A DNA stretch of 64,000 nt from an uncultured Thermoplasmata archaeon (lineage in GTDB: Archaea; Thermoplasmatota; Thermoplasmata; UBA10834): the NCBI GenBank assembly GCA_964488505.1, contig CAZAUI010000005.1:17954-81953 (forward strand), in the 5' to 3' direction. Both the position numbers and the translations under genes were made by a program. Shown piece by piece: positions 1 to 8,230 of the stretch. Within the stretch, counting starts at the first letter, position 1; every line of letters starts with the position of its first letter. Under the pieces are notes generated by a model, which saw only the letters and a program-made list of their open reading frames with translations, did not search any database and had not been told where the DNA came from.

Positions 1-69
1 GCGCAGTTCCTTCAGGTCCTCTCTGAGCTTCGCTATCTCAGCAACGAGCTCCTGTTCCCCTTTGGTCAA
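1..69 (-). CDS. 5' end of an unidentified CDS running off the left edge (23 codons visible)
   Basis: The reverse-strand frame opens with TTG at 69-67, shortly after an in-frame TGA (96-94). It reads LTKGEQELVAEIAKLREDLKELR with mostly G/C-ending codons. Too short to assign a function. Confidence 0.25.
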   Translation of the reverse strand, partial: MTKGEQELVAEIAKLREDLKELR

Positions 70-112
70 ATGCTGCCTCCCCTTCCTGGCGGCTCAATCG
101 GTTTGTGCGGAT

Positions 113-700
113 TTAGGCCTTTCCTTTGGTCGGGTCGTAGTCCCTGTAGTCGTCGGCCAGCTTCCGCGTCTCCTTCTGCTCGCACCGCTTGCACCACAGG
201 TCCCTGCCCTTCCTCTCGAGAGGCGACCTGCACACAGTGCAGAGCGCTCTGATGACTCCGAAGTGGGGTCCCGTGGTCGACAGCTGCACCGACGGGTCCG
301 CCTGTATCACCTGCGCGCGGATGAGGTCCCCCGCCCTGAGCAGGTCCCCCGCGTCCTCGACGTACGAGGACGCGATCTTCGACACGTGGACGGACGCGAG
401 CGTCTCACTCGAGACGGGCCTCGTCCTGCCCTCCTGCGCCACCACGGAGCATATCGCCATGGCGGGCCGGGTGTCAGTGACCTCGGCTATGACGGTGTCC
501 CCTTCCATGAGGACGACCGGCGGGTTGTCCAATATGACCTTTGCAGTCTTCTCCCTAGCGTCGAGGTCGAGCTCTCCGACGGCACTCGCGTATACCTTGC
601 CCTCGGACTCGTATGTGCCCTCTCCCGACATGTACTCTTCAGCGATGGCCACCTCGTCTCCAGGCAGCACCCTTCGGCCGGTTCTTGCCAGACCAATCAC
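113..700 (-). CDS. csl4: Exosome complex RNA-binding subunit Csl4
   Basis: 195 aa with an S1-like barrel followed by a C-terminal zinc ribbon (CTVC...CKRC). It directly abuts the methyltransferase gene upstream (700/701), a common archaeal arrangement. Confidence 0.85.
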   Translation of the reverse strand: MIGLARTGRRVLPGDEVAIAEEYMSGEGTYESEGKVYASAVGELDLDAREKTAKVILDNPPVVLMEGDTVIAEVTDTRPAMAICSVVAQEGRTRPVSSETLASVHVSKIASSYVEDAGDLLRAGDLIRAQVIQADPSVQLSTTGPHFGVIRALCTVCRSPLERKGRDLWCKRCEQKETRKLADDYRDYDPTKGKA

Positions 701-1321
701 CTATCTCTCAAGCCTTAACAGAACGACTGAAATCGTCTCATTAGCCTTTCTGTGGAACTCGAACGCATATGGAATCTCGAATTTATACCTTTTTATAGCC
801 TCGGACCGGCCCCCGAGCGCCCCGACCATGCCTCCGACGAACTCCTGGCTGCCGTCGTTGTGCAGGGAATAGGCCACCGGCGCGAGTGAGAGCGCCTTCT
901 CCACGAAGGCCCTGTCGGCGTTCCGCGTCTGCGCGCCGAACGGGGGGTTCTGCAGGACCGTGTCGAAGGACCCTTCCATCGAGGAGACGTCCCCCTCGGA
1001 CAGCTCCACCTCCACGGCCATGGACTCCGCGTTCGCCCTCGCGACCCTGACCGCCCCGGGGTCGACGTCTATCCCGGCCGACACATCCGCCCCCATGAGC
1101 TTCGCGCCTATGCAGAATATGCCGTTCCCGCACCCGAGGTCCGCGACCCTCCTGCCGTATATGTCGCCCGCGGAGAACGCCTCCCAGAGTATGTCGGCCG
1201 CCACCGTCGCCGGCGTCTGGTACTGTTCCAGCCTGGCCGAGCGCTCCTCGAGCGGCCTGAGCTTCTGGAGGGCTATCTCGAGCCTCTTCCTCCTCATCTG
1301 CGTCTGCGGCAACTCGGTCAC
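701..1321 (-). CDS. METTL5-like SAM-dependent (N6-adenine type) RNA methyltransferase
   Basis: 206 aa. SAM motif I is DLGCGNGIF and catalytic motif IV is NPPFG. Confidence 0.8.
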   Translation of the reverse strand: MTELPQTQMRRKRLEIALQKLRPLEERSARLEQYQTPATVAADILWEAFSAGDIYGRRVADLGCGNGIFCIGAKLMGADVSAGIDVDPGAVRVARANAESMAVEVELSEGDVSSMEGSFDTVLQNPPFGAQTRNADRAFVEKALSLAPVAYSLHNDGSQEFVGGMVGALGGRSEAIKRYKFEIPYAFEFHRKANETISVVLLRLER

Positions 1322-1334
1322 TGCACCCTGGGTA

Positions 1335-2144
1335 CTACTTGGCCTCGTCTATCATCTTCCAACGCCTGAGCTTGTTGACCTCGGACACGTCCCTGCCGTG
1401 TATGTCCCTCTCGACATCGGATAGGTACTCGATCGCCATCAGCAGGCTCTCTTTGGTCGGCTTGGAGATGACCACCTTGGCCCTGGCGAACTCGCGGTCT
1501 ATGAGCTCCATCGCCCTGGCCGTGTCCCCGTACTGCTCGCAGAAGTCCGTGACTATCTCGTCGACGGCCTGCGCGAGGGAACCCCCCTCGAACAGGGGCT
1601 TCTTCTCGACGAAGTCCCCGGATATCATCATCTCGCCGATCATGCGGAACATCTCCTCGACGTTCTCCCCTGTCTTGGCGCTGCACATGACCACGGGCAT
1701 CTCCATCTTCCTGCCCACCTCGGCCAGGTGCTTGGCGGCCTTCGAGTCCTTGCCCGCCAGGTCGGCCTTGTTCCCCACGAACACCATGGGGAGCGTGCCG
1801 AGTATGTCGACCACCTCGGGGAGCCAGAACTCCTCGGTCGTCTTCACGGTCTCGGGCCTGGTCAGGTCGGACACGAGCGCGATGCCATGGGAGCTGCTCA
1901 TGCCCTGGGCCCTCATCTTCCTGTAGTCCTTCTGGCCCAGGATGTCCCAGATCATGAGGGTGAGATAGACGGTCTTGTTGGGCTCCTTGTACTCTATGTC
2001 CCTCTTGCTCACCTTGGTGCCTATGCTCGCGATGTACTTGTCGTCGAAAACGTCGATGACGAACCTGCGTATGAGGGATGTCTTGCCCACTCCGGAATCC
2101 CCGATGAGCGCGATCTTCTTTATGTACCTCTTGGATTGGATTAT
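1335..2144 (-). CDS. Ras/Rab-like small GTPase with a C-terminal helical extension; start codon unresolved
   Basis: G1 GDSGVGKTS, switch I IGT, G3 WDILGQ, G4 GNKAD and G5 CSAKTGENV are all present. The track ORF (1335..2090) starts at the GTG inside the P-loop. In-frame upstream codons read ...IIQSKRYIKKIALIGDSG, with no ATG/GTG/TTG back to the TAG at 2225-2223. The end coordinate 2144 (an ATA codon) is only a guess. Confidence 0.75.
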   Translation of the reverse strand: MIQSKRYIKKIALIGDSGVGKTSLIRRFVIDVFDDKYIASIGTKVSKRDIEYKEPNKTVYLTLMIWDILGQKDYRKMRAQGMSSSHGIALVSDLTRPETVKTTEEFWLPEVVDILGTLPMVFVGNKADLAGKDSKAAKHLAEVGRKMEMPVVMCSAKTGENVEEMFRMIGEMMISGDFVEKKPLFEGGSLAQAVDEIVTDFCEQYGDTARAMELIDREFARAKVVISKPTKESLLMAIEYLSDVERDIHGRDVSEVNKLRRWKMIDEAK

Positions 2145-2343
2145 GCTCAGACGACCACCAGCTTGACGGGACGGCCTTCTCGGGCGAACGCGGCCGTCCG
2201 GTTCCCAGGGAAGCCATGATTTCTACCATACATAAATATTTCCGAGGGTAGGATAAAAGGCGGTCAGTGGCCCCACGGGGTTCCGGACGCGCCTCCGGAG
2301 CATCGATGGCAAAGCCTTAATCGGCGTCCAACAATACCTGGGC

Positions 2344-3402
2344 GTGCCTATGGAAGATGCATCAGCCAGGGCTCACACGCCGTCGAGGAAGGCATTGGAG
2401 AACTACGCCAGTGCGTACCTCGGCGCATACATGAACGCGGTCGAACGCGAGAAGCCCGAGCACGTGCCGCCACTCGCGAGGAACGCCCCCTACGACATCG
2501 AGGTCTGCCTGATGCCGAACCAGTCGTTCGTCATGCTGTTCGAGCGGTCCGGCGCCCAGAAGATATCCGTCCAGGAGAAGGATTGGAGCCATGTGGAGAG
2601 CGTCGTCATGGGCGGCGTATCGCACCTCGTCACCGTGTACGCGCACGAGGGCCCGACCGTCGCGGACGCGATCGCGAAGGGCAAGAAGGACGCCGTCCGA
2701 GACATCCGCACCATGGAGGATTCCGGCGTCGTGAAGTCCGTGGCGCAGCTGGAGCAGATCCTGGAGGAGCTGTCGAGCATCGAACGGGGCAACAAGGACG
2801 TCCTGAAGGTGGCCGAGGCCCAGCTGCAGAAGCTGCAGCCGATCAGGGACGCGGTCAGGGATGCCGGGCCCGAAATCGACATGCTCGGGATGATAGACGC
2901 CCTCAGGAACTGCCCGTCGACCCAGGCCGGGGCGAGCGTCGGAGACAAGGAGGTCCAACTCCTGAGGGACATGTGCCAGGAGCTGGGGGACCTCTCGGAC
3001 ATCATACGCAGGATAGAGTCACAGGACCAGAGGTTGGATGTGCTCCAGCAGGTCCTGTCGAAAGGGCTCTCCGAGTTCGGGAAGAGCCTCGATGACAAGC
3101 TGGGCAAAGGCCTCGCGATGGTCCTGTCGTCCTCGGACAGGAAGATAGACAAGGCGCTCTCCGAGGTGGAGACACAGATCGCCATGCTCCGGGACGAGGA
3201 GGTCCCGAGGGACCTCGAGGACAGGCTCCGGAGGATAGAGGAGTCGCTCTCAGGCATGAGCGGCCGTCCGGAGGTCGTCAAGGAGATGGTCCTGGCGGTC
3301 GCGGATGTGCGCGAGAACCTCGGCAGGCTGGGCCAGCGCGTCACCAAGATCGAGCTGAGCCTCGCTGAGGCCGCCAAGCAGAGGGCTGTAGTCAAACGGT
3401 AA
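2344..3402 (+). CDS. Hypothetical protein: about 110-aa N-terminal globular region plus a long coiled coil
   Basis: 352-aa ORF with strong G/C third-position bias. The C-terminal 230 aa are heptad-like and E/L/K/R/D-rich (LEQILEELSSIERGNKDVLKVAEAQLQKLQ...). Transcribed divergently from the GTPase gene. GTG at 2344 or ATG at 2350. Confidence 0.6.
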   Translation: MPMEDASARAHTPSRKALENYASAYLGAYMNAVEREKPEHVPPLARNAPYDIEVCLMPNQSFVMLFERSGAQKISVQEKDWSHVESVVMGGVSHLVTVYAHEGPTVADAIAKGKKDAVRDIRTMEDSGVVKSVAQLEQILEELSSIERGNKDVLKVAEAQLQKLQPIRDAVRDAGPEIDMLGMIDALRNCPSTQAGASVGDKEVQLLRDMCQELGDLSDIIRRIESQDQRLDVLQQVLSKGLSEFGKSLDDKLGKGLAMVLSSSDRKIDKALSEVETQIAMLRDEEVPRDLEDRLRRIEESLSGMSGRPEVVKEMVLAVADVRENLGRLGQRVTKIELSLAEAAKQRAVVKR

Positions 3403-3466
3403 CATCGTTCTGAACCAATGGCTCGGCCGTGCCCCTAGTCAAGTATTTGTCTGCAGACCACGTTGG

Positions 3467-4051
3467 ATGCTTCACATGGTCAGATTCACTCATGTCGCAT
3501 CGGACGGGACAGAGCTCGTCTTCAGGGAGCCGGTCAAGGGCGAGGCCAGGGAGCTGATGCGCTTCATCAACCCGTTCGTGGACGAGCCCCGGTCCGGCCT
3601 GCTCATCAACAAGAAGGTGACGCTCAAGGACGAGGAGGGATGGCTGGACGCGCGTCTGGGAGAGATCCGGTCGCGCTCGGTCGTCATGCTCTTGGCCGAG
3701 CGCGACGGACGCGTAGTGGGCAGCTGTCACATGCAGAGGTTGAGCGGGAAGCACTGGCACAGGGCGACCTTGGGCGTCGCCCTTCACAAGGGCGTCAGGG
3801 GCAAGGGGGTGGGCGAAGCGTTGATGAGGCGGACGATGGAGCTCGGGATCAAGCGTTTCCGAGGCCTGGAGACCATAGAGTTGTCCTCCTTCTCCTACAA
3901 CGAGCGCGCCCAGTCGCTCTACAGCAAGCTCGGGTTCGAGGAGTTCGCGAGGATCCCCAGGTCGTCGAAGGAGGGGTCAGACTACTTCGACGAGGTCATG
4001 ATGCGCCTCGAGTTGTCGGGCAAGGGTCGCAAGCGCGCCCGAGGCCGTTGA
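3467..4051 (+). CDS. GNAT family N-acetyltransferase
   Basis: 194 aa. Acetyl-CoA binding motif VRGKGVGEALM (Q/R-x-x-G-x-G/A) followed by YSKLGFEE. Confidence 0.8.
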   Translation: MLHMVRFTHVASDGTELVFREPVKGEARELMRFINPFVDEPRSGLLINKKVTLKDEEGWLDARLGEIRSRSVVMLLAERDGRVVGSCHMQRLSGKHWHRATLGVALHKGVRGKGVGEALMRRTMELGIKRFRGLETIELSSFSYNERAQSLYSKLGFEEFARIPRSSKEGSDYFDEVMMRLELSGKGRKRARGR

Positions 4052-4207
4052 GAGGCGCGACCGCGAGACCGCTGTTTACGGACGTTAGACGGACGCTCCG
4101 CGTCAGTAGCGGTCCCCATTGACTGACTATAAATACCGAGTAGTACTTTCACCCTTTTACTAGTCCGTGCCGTATGAAAACGCGACTAGGATTGGGGGAG
4201 ACAACGA

Positions 4208-5146
4208 ATGAGCGCTAAGAGAGTGTCAGCTTTGGCAGTAGCCGTGCTGTTCGCTTTGACATCATGTGCGTGTCTCATTTCCGCCGAGGAAGAGACCGTG
4301 CCTCTGATGATAACGATGCCGGAGGGCGATGAGCCGATCTCCTGCGCCGTGTTCTTCGCGGACAACATGGTATACGCGCCACAGTGGAGAGTGGACAACT
4401 ACGTGCGGATCGAGGTGCTGGTCCTGGACATGACGGACTACACCTTGGCCACGCAGATATTGAGGACGGATACGGACCTGTACCCGGAGACATACGCAGA
4501 CGGGCTTGCTCAGCAGGCCGCGATAGCCACGGACTCCGAGAACGTCCTGCCATTGACGAAGATGGTGTCGGTCTCGTACATCGAGGTGACCATCACCTCT
4601 GACGTGCATGAGGACATCGTCCTGTCAGCCGGCTGGAACCCCGCGGACGGAACCAAGGTCATAGACAACAAGTTCGGACGCGAGGTCAACAAGGCGGGGC
4701 ACCTGATATACGGCACCCTGTGGGACACGACCGGCCTGGAAGAGGGAACGTACACGACCGAGGTAAGGCTCGGACACGCCGTCCAGGACCCGGTTGCGGG
4801 CACATGGAGCGGAGTGCTGGGCGAGTGGTACCAGGTGGACTACGCGATAGGACACCTGTACGACCCGGACGGCGAGGAGGGCGACCTCCTGTACGAGGAG
4901 TACCCGTACTCGAACCTCGTGGCATATGACCACCCCGACTATCTTGTCTACAAGATAGGCGCCGGCGGCCTCGCGGACGGCGCGGCCTGGTGCGAGCTCG
5001 GTCCGGTCATCGGTCAGGGCACCGGCGGCGGCAACGGCGGCGGCGGCAACGACGGTGACGGGAACGGCAACGGCGGCGAAGACGGCGGCAACGGCTACGG
5101 CGGCGAGAACGGCGGTGGCAACGGCCACGGCGGAAGGCGCAAGTAG
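4208..5146 (+). CDS. Secreted or lipid-anchored hypothetical protein with a Gly/Asn-rich C-terminal tail
   Basis: 312 aa. The N-terminal signal peptide MSAKRVSALAVAVLFALTSCAC contains a lipobox-like LTSC. The body looks beta-rich, and the last 44 aa are GTGGGNGGGGNDGDGNGNGGEDGGNGYGGENGGGNGHGGRRK. Confidence 0.7.
   Translation: MSAKRVSALAVAVLFALTSCACLISAEEETVPLMITMPEGDEPISCAVFFADNMVYAPQWRVDNYVRIEVLVLDMTDYTLATQILRTDTDLYPETYADGLAQQAAIATDSENVLPLTKMVSVSYIEVTITSDVHEDIVLSAGWNPADGTKVIDNKFGREVNKAGHLIYGTLWDTTGLEEGTYTTEVRLGHAVQDPVAGTWSGVLGEWYQVDYAIGHLYDPDGEEGDLLYEEYPYSNLVAYDHPDYLVYKIGAGGLADGAAWCELGPVIGQGTGGGNGGGGNDGDGNGNGGEDGGNGYGGENGGGNGHGGRRK
5012..5143 (+). repeat. Low-complexity GGC/AAC/GAC codon tract encoding the Gly/Asn/Asp tail
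   Basis: Runs of ggc ggc aac ggc ggc ggc ggc aac gac ggt gac ggg aac ggc aac ... are visible directly in the sequence. Confidence 0.8.
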
Positions 5147-5319
5147 CGTCCGAATGCCTGACTCAATCCAAACCCACTCTACAAACTCCTTACTTCTATT
5201 TTCTTCGCGTCTTGACTGGGATGACGGGGACTTCTGTACTGCGACGTACTACTGTGCGCTGACGGTGATCAGGTCGTCCCTCCTAGTCGTCACACCTGCG
5301 TTTCCTCTGGAGAACATTG

Positions 5320-5328
5320 TTATAAATA
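5320..5328 (+). promoter_or_regulatory. TATA-like box upstream of the peptide ABC transporter operon
   Basis: TTATAAATA sits in an otherwise GC-rich spacer, about 100 nt upstream of the first start candidates. Confidence 0.45.
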
Positions 5329-5425
5329 CAGAAGAAACCATTTTTGGTCTAGGGGTAAGAGGGACCTAGCGTTCTAGGTTGTCCGTGCGATTTTTTTCGG
5401 ACCCTGGTTTCGCAGAGGTCGGAAG

Positions 5426-7186
5426 TTGAAGCAGGAGGTATGTTCGTTGGGGAGTTCTGGAAGCGAAGCTAAAGATGAGATAGCCAAGCCCTCCTCTGCG
5501 CCAGCGCGTCCGAAAAGCAAGATAATGATCGCGGTGGTAATCGTCGTCGTGCTTTTGGTCGCGGCGATCGCAGGGGCATGGGCATTCGGACTGATAGGCG
5601 GGGAAGATGATGAGAAGGTGCTCGTCATCGCGATGAGCTCCGATGTCGAGACGATGAACCCTGCGAGGACCAGCGCGATGTACGGTCCTCCCGGGATGAT
5701 ATACGAGACCCTGATCGCCAGGGACCTGACGGGAGCGTATGTCCCGGGTCTTGCCGAGTCGTGGAACCTGAACAGGGACGACCCTGACAACCCGACCCTG
5801 GAACTCACGCTCAAGGAGGGCGTGAAGTACCACGACGGGACGCCGTTCAACACCCAGTCCGTGAAGAGGACGATCGAGTGGTACGCGCAGAACGATAGCT
5901 GGGTCAGCTACGAGTTCTGGGCGATAAAGCACTGTCCGAGCTACTGGGACACGACCGATTACTCCGGCTGGCCGGACTCCGGCATATGGTGCAAGGACGA
6001 CACCCACATGGTCCTCAACCTGACCTGGGCCGATGTCGCGCTCATATTCAACCTGTCGCACCTGTACGGGTGCATGATAGGGCCGGACGCCCTGTGGGAT
6101 CTCGGGTTGGACGACTACGGCACCGCGCAGAACTGGGACAAGGTCGTCGGGACCGGACCGTTCAAGGTCAGCGAGTGGATCGCGGGAGACCACATCACGC
6201 TCGTGAAGAACGAGGACTACAACTGGGGCGCATCTTGGTACGAGAACAAGGGGCCTGCGAAGATAGACAAGATCATCTACAGGATAGTGCCGGACGCCGC
6301 GACCAGGTTCGCCGGGTTCGACGCCGGTACCATCGACATCCTGCAGCAGGTGCCTCCGAGCAAGGTCGATACGTACCAGAACACTGCGAACGTCACCCTG
6401 ATGACGGGGGCTGGCCAAGGCACGTACCACGTGGAGTTCAACTGCAACAAGACCCCGTGGAACAACTCGGACCTTAGGTTGGCCATGGCGTACTCCATCG
6501 ACCGGGCGGCGATCCTGGAGACCGTGTGGCACGGCGTGGGTGAGGAGGGCGTGAACCTGCTCTCCCCGATATGCCCCGAGGGCATCGGGATACCGGCGGA
6601 GTACAACCTGACCTACGACGAGGACAAGGCGACGGAACACTTCCTCGCTGCCGGGTACAACGACACCGATGATGATGGCTGGCTCGAGAACTCCTCCGAC
6701 GAGGAGCTCACCCTGGAACTCTGGGTGACGAACAAGGCCGAGGACGTCCTCATGGGTGAGATGCTCAAGGCCCAGTTCGAGGCTGCCGGTGTCCAGGTGG
6801 ACGTGACCCAGTATCAGGAGACGGAGCTCCGGACGAACGCCCAGGAGGGCCTGCAGGAGGCGATCCTGTTCTGGTTCTCGTGGCCGAGGGCGGAGATATT
6901 GGATTGGCACTTCGGCAGCTGGGCGGTCGGCGGTTCGAACACCGCGCAGTACGCAGACGACGTGTTCGACGGGTATGTGGCCAACTGGACCCTGGCGGAG
7001 ACAGAGGACCAGTTCACGGACAACGCGACGGCGGCCCACATAAGGCTGCTGCTGGACGCGCCAAGGGCCCCGATACTGTTCTGGCACCAGATCTTCGCCA
7101 TACACGACTATGTCGAGGGCTGGTACCTACACCCGCTGGGCCAGGAGCAGGTCATCAACATCGTGGATGTTGACATCGTCAAGTAG
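5426..7186 (+). CDS. ABC transporter substrate-binding protein, family 5 (Opp/Dpp peptide/nickel type)
   Basis: 586 aa with an N-terminal TM/signal segment (IMIAVVIVVVLLVAAIAGAWAF) followed by SBP_bac_5-like sequence. It is followed by two permeases and two ATPases. A more likely start is the in-frame TTG at 5447, 8 nt after GGAGG (5434-5438). Confidence 0.9.
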   Translation: MKQEVCSLGSSGSEAKDEIAKPSSAPARPKSKIMIAVVIVVVLLVAAIAGAWAFGLIGGEDDEKVLVIAMSSDVETMNPARTSAMYGPPGMIYETLIARDLTGAYVPGLAESWNLNRDDPDNPTLELTLKEGVKYHDGTPFNTQSVKRTIEWYAQNDSWVSYEFWAIKHCPSYWDTTDYSGWPDSGIWCKDDTHMVLNLTWADVALIFNLSHLYGCMIGPDALWDLGLDDYGTAQNWDKVVGTGPFKVSEWIAGDHITLVKNEDYNWGASWYENKGPAKIDKIIYRIVPDAATRFAGFDAGTIDILQQVPPSKVDTYQNTANVTLMTGAGQGTYHVEFNCNKTPWNNSDLRLAMAYSIDRAAILETVWHGVGEEGVNLLSPICPEGIGIPAEYNLTYDEDKATEHFLAAGYNDTDDDGWLENSSDEELTLELWVTNKAEDVLMGEMLKAQFEAAGVQVDVTQYQETELRTNAQEGLQEAILFWFSWPRAEILDWHFGSWAVGGSNTAQYADDVFDGYVANWTLAETEDQFTDNATAAHIRLLLDAPRAPILFWHQIFAIHDYVEGWYLHPLGQEQVINIVDVDIVK

Positions 7187-7288
7187 ACCTGAAACAACCA
7201 AACCCTTTCTCATTTCATTGCCCCGACTGGGGCGTGACGCATTAGCCGATGGAGGGGCGGAACCGGCAGGATCCCACGGAGATGTGAC

Positions 7289-8230
7289 ATGGCGGACCTG
7301 GTAGCATACGTCGTCCGGAAACTGTTGCTGGCCATACCGGTCATCTTCATGGCGACCTTCATAGTGTTCCTGCTGCTGTATCTCACGCCCGGAGACCCCA
7401 TAACCGCCATCCAGCCTCCCCACGCGACGGCAGCGGAGCTGGACGAGCTCAGGGAGAAGTACGGGTTCGACGACCCGTTCCTGGTCCAGTACTGGAGGTT
7501 CCTGCAGCGGCTATTCACAGGAGACCTCGGCGAGTCCGTGGCACGGGCGTCCCTGCACACGGACGTCACATACCTGCTCGCCCAGAGGCTCCCCAGGACC
7601 CTGGAACTGATGGCCATCGGACTCACGATATCCTACTCGATAGGCATACCACTGGGAATCATGTCCGCTCTCAGGCAGGACACCTGGAAGGACCGGAGCG
7701 TGATGGTATTCACGCTGGTCGCATACGCGATGCCGTCCTTCTGGCTCGGCATCCTGCTCATGATGGCACTGTCCGTCTACACTCACATACTCCCGGCGGA
7801 GGGCACCGTCGGGGGTTTCAGCAGCGTATTCCTGCCTGCGCTCACGCTCGGATTAGGCAACGCCGCCCTCACGACCCGCATGATGCGGTCGAGCATGCTC
7901 GAGGTGAAGCGCCAGGACTACATCACGCAGCTCCGCTCCCGGGGTCTGCCCGAGAGGGAGATCATATTCAAGCACGCCCTCAAGAACGCGATACTGCCGG
8001 TGGTGACCGTCATAGGCCTCGACATCGGATGGTTCGTGGCGGGGGCAGTCGTGGTCGAGACGGTGTTCCAGTGGCCTGGCATCGGCATGCTCGTCACGAC
8101 CTCCATATCCAACCACGACTTCCCCACGGTCCAGGGATGCATACTCGTGCTGGCGTTCTTCGTGGTCGCAGGCAATCTCGTCGCTGACATACTGTACGCA
8201 GTCGTAGACCCGAGGGTGAGGCTGGGATGA
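7289..8230 (+). CDS. ABC transporter permease (OppB/DppB type)
   Basis: 313 aa, multi-TM, BPD_transp_1-like core. ATGA overlap with the next permease gene. Confidence 0.9.
   Translation: MADLVAYVVRKLLLAIPVIFMATFIVFLLLYLTPGDPITAIQPPHATAAELDELREKYGFDDPFLVQYWRFLQRLFTGDLGESVARASLHTDVTYLLAQRLPRTLELMAIGLTISYSIGIPLGIMSALRQDTWKDRSVMVFTLVAYAMPSFWLGILLMMALSVYTHILPAEGTVGGFSSVFLPALTLGLGNAALTTRMMRSSMLEVKRQDYITQLRSRGLPEREIIFKHALKNAILPVVTVIGLDIGWFVAGAVVVETVFQWPGIGMLVTTSISNHDFPTVQGCILVLAFFVVAGNLVADILYAVVDPRVRLG

Noticed and set aside
1318-2229. 303-aa ORF overlapping the GTPase gene in another frame.
   Set aside because: It is an R/G/H/E-rich shadow translation. The overlapping frame carries all five G motifs. 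Only its two ATGs (2229, 2217) are relevant, as possible evidence for an indel (see the GTPase start finding).
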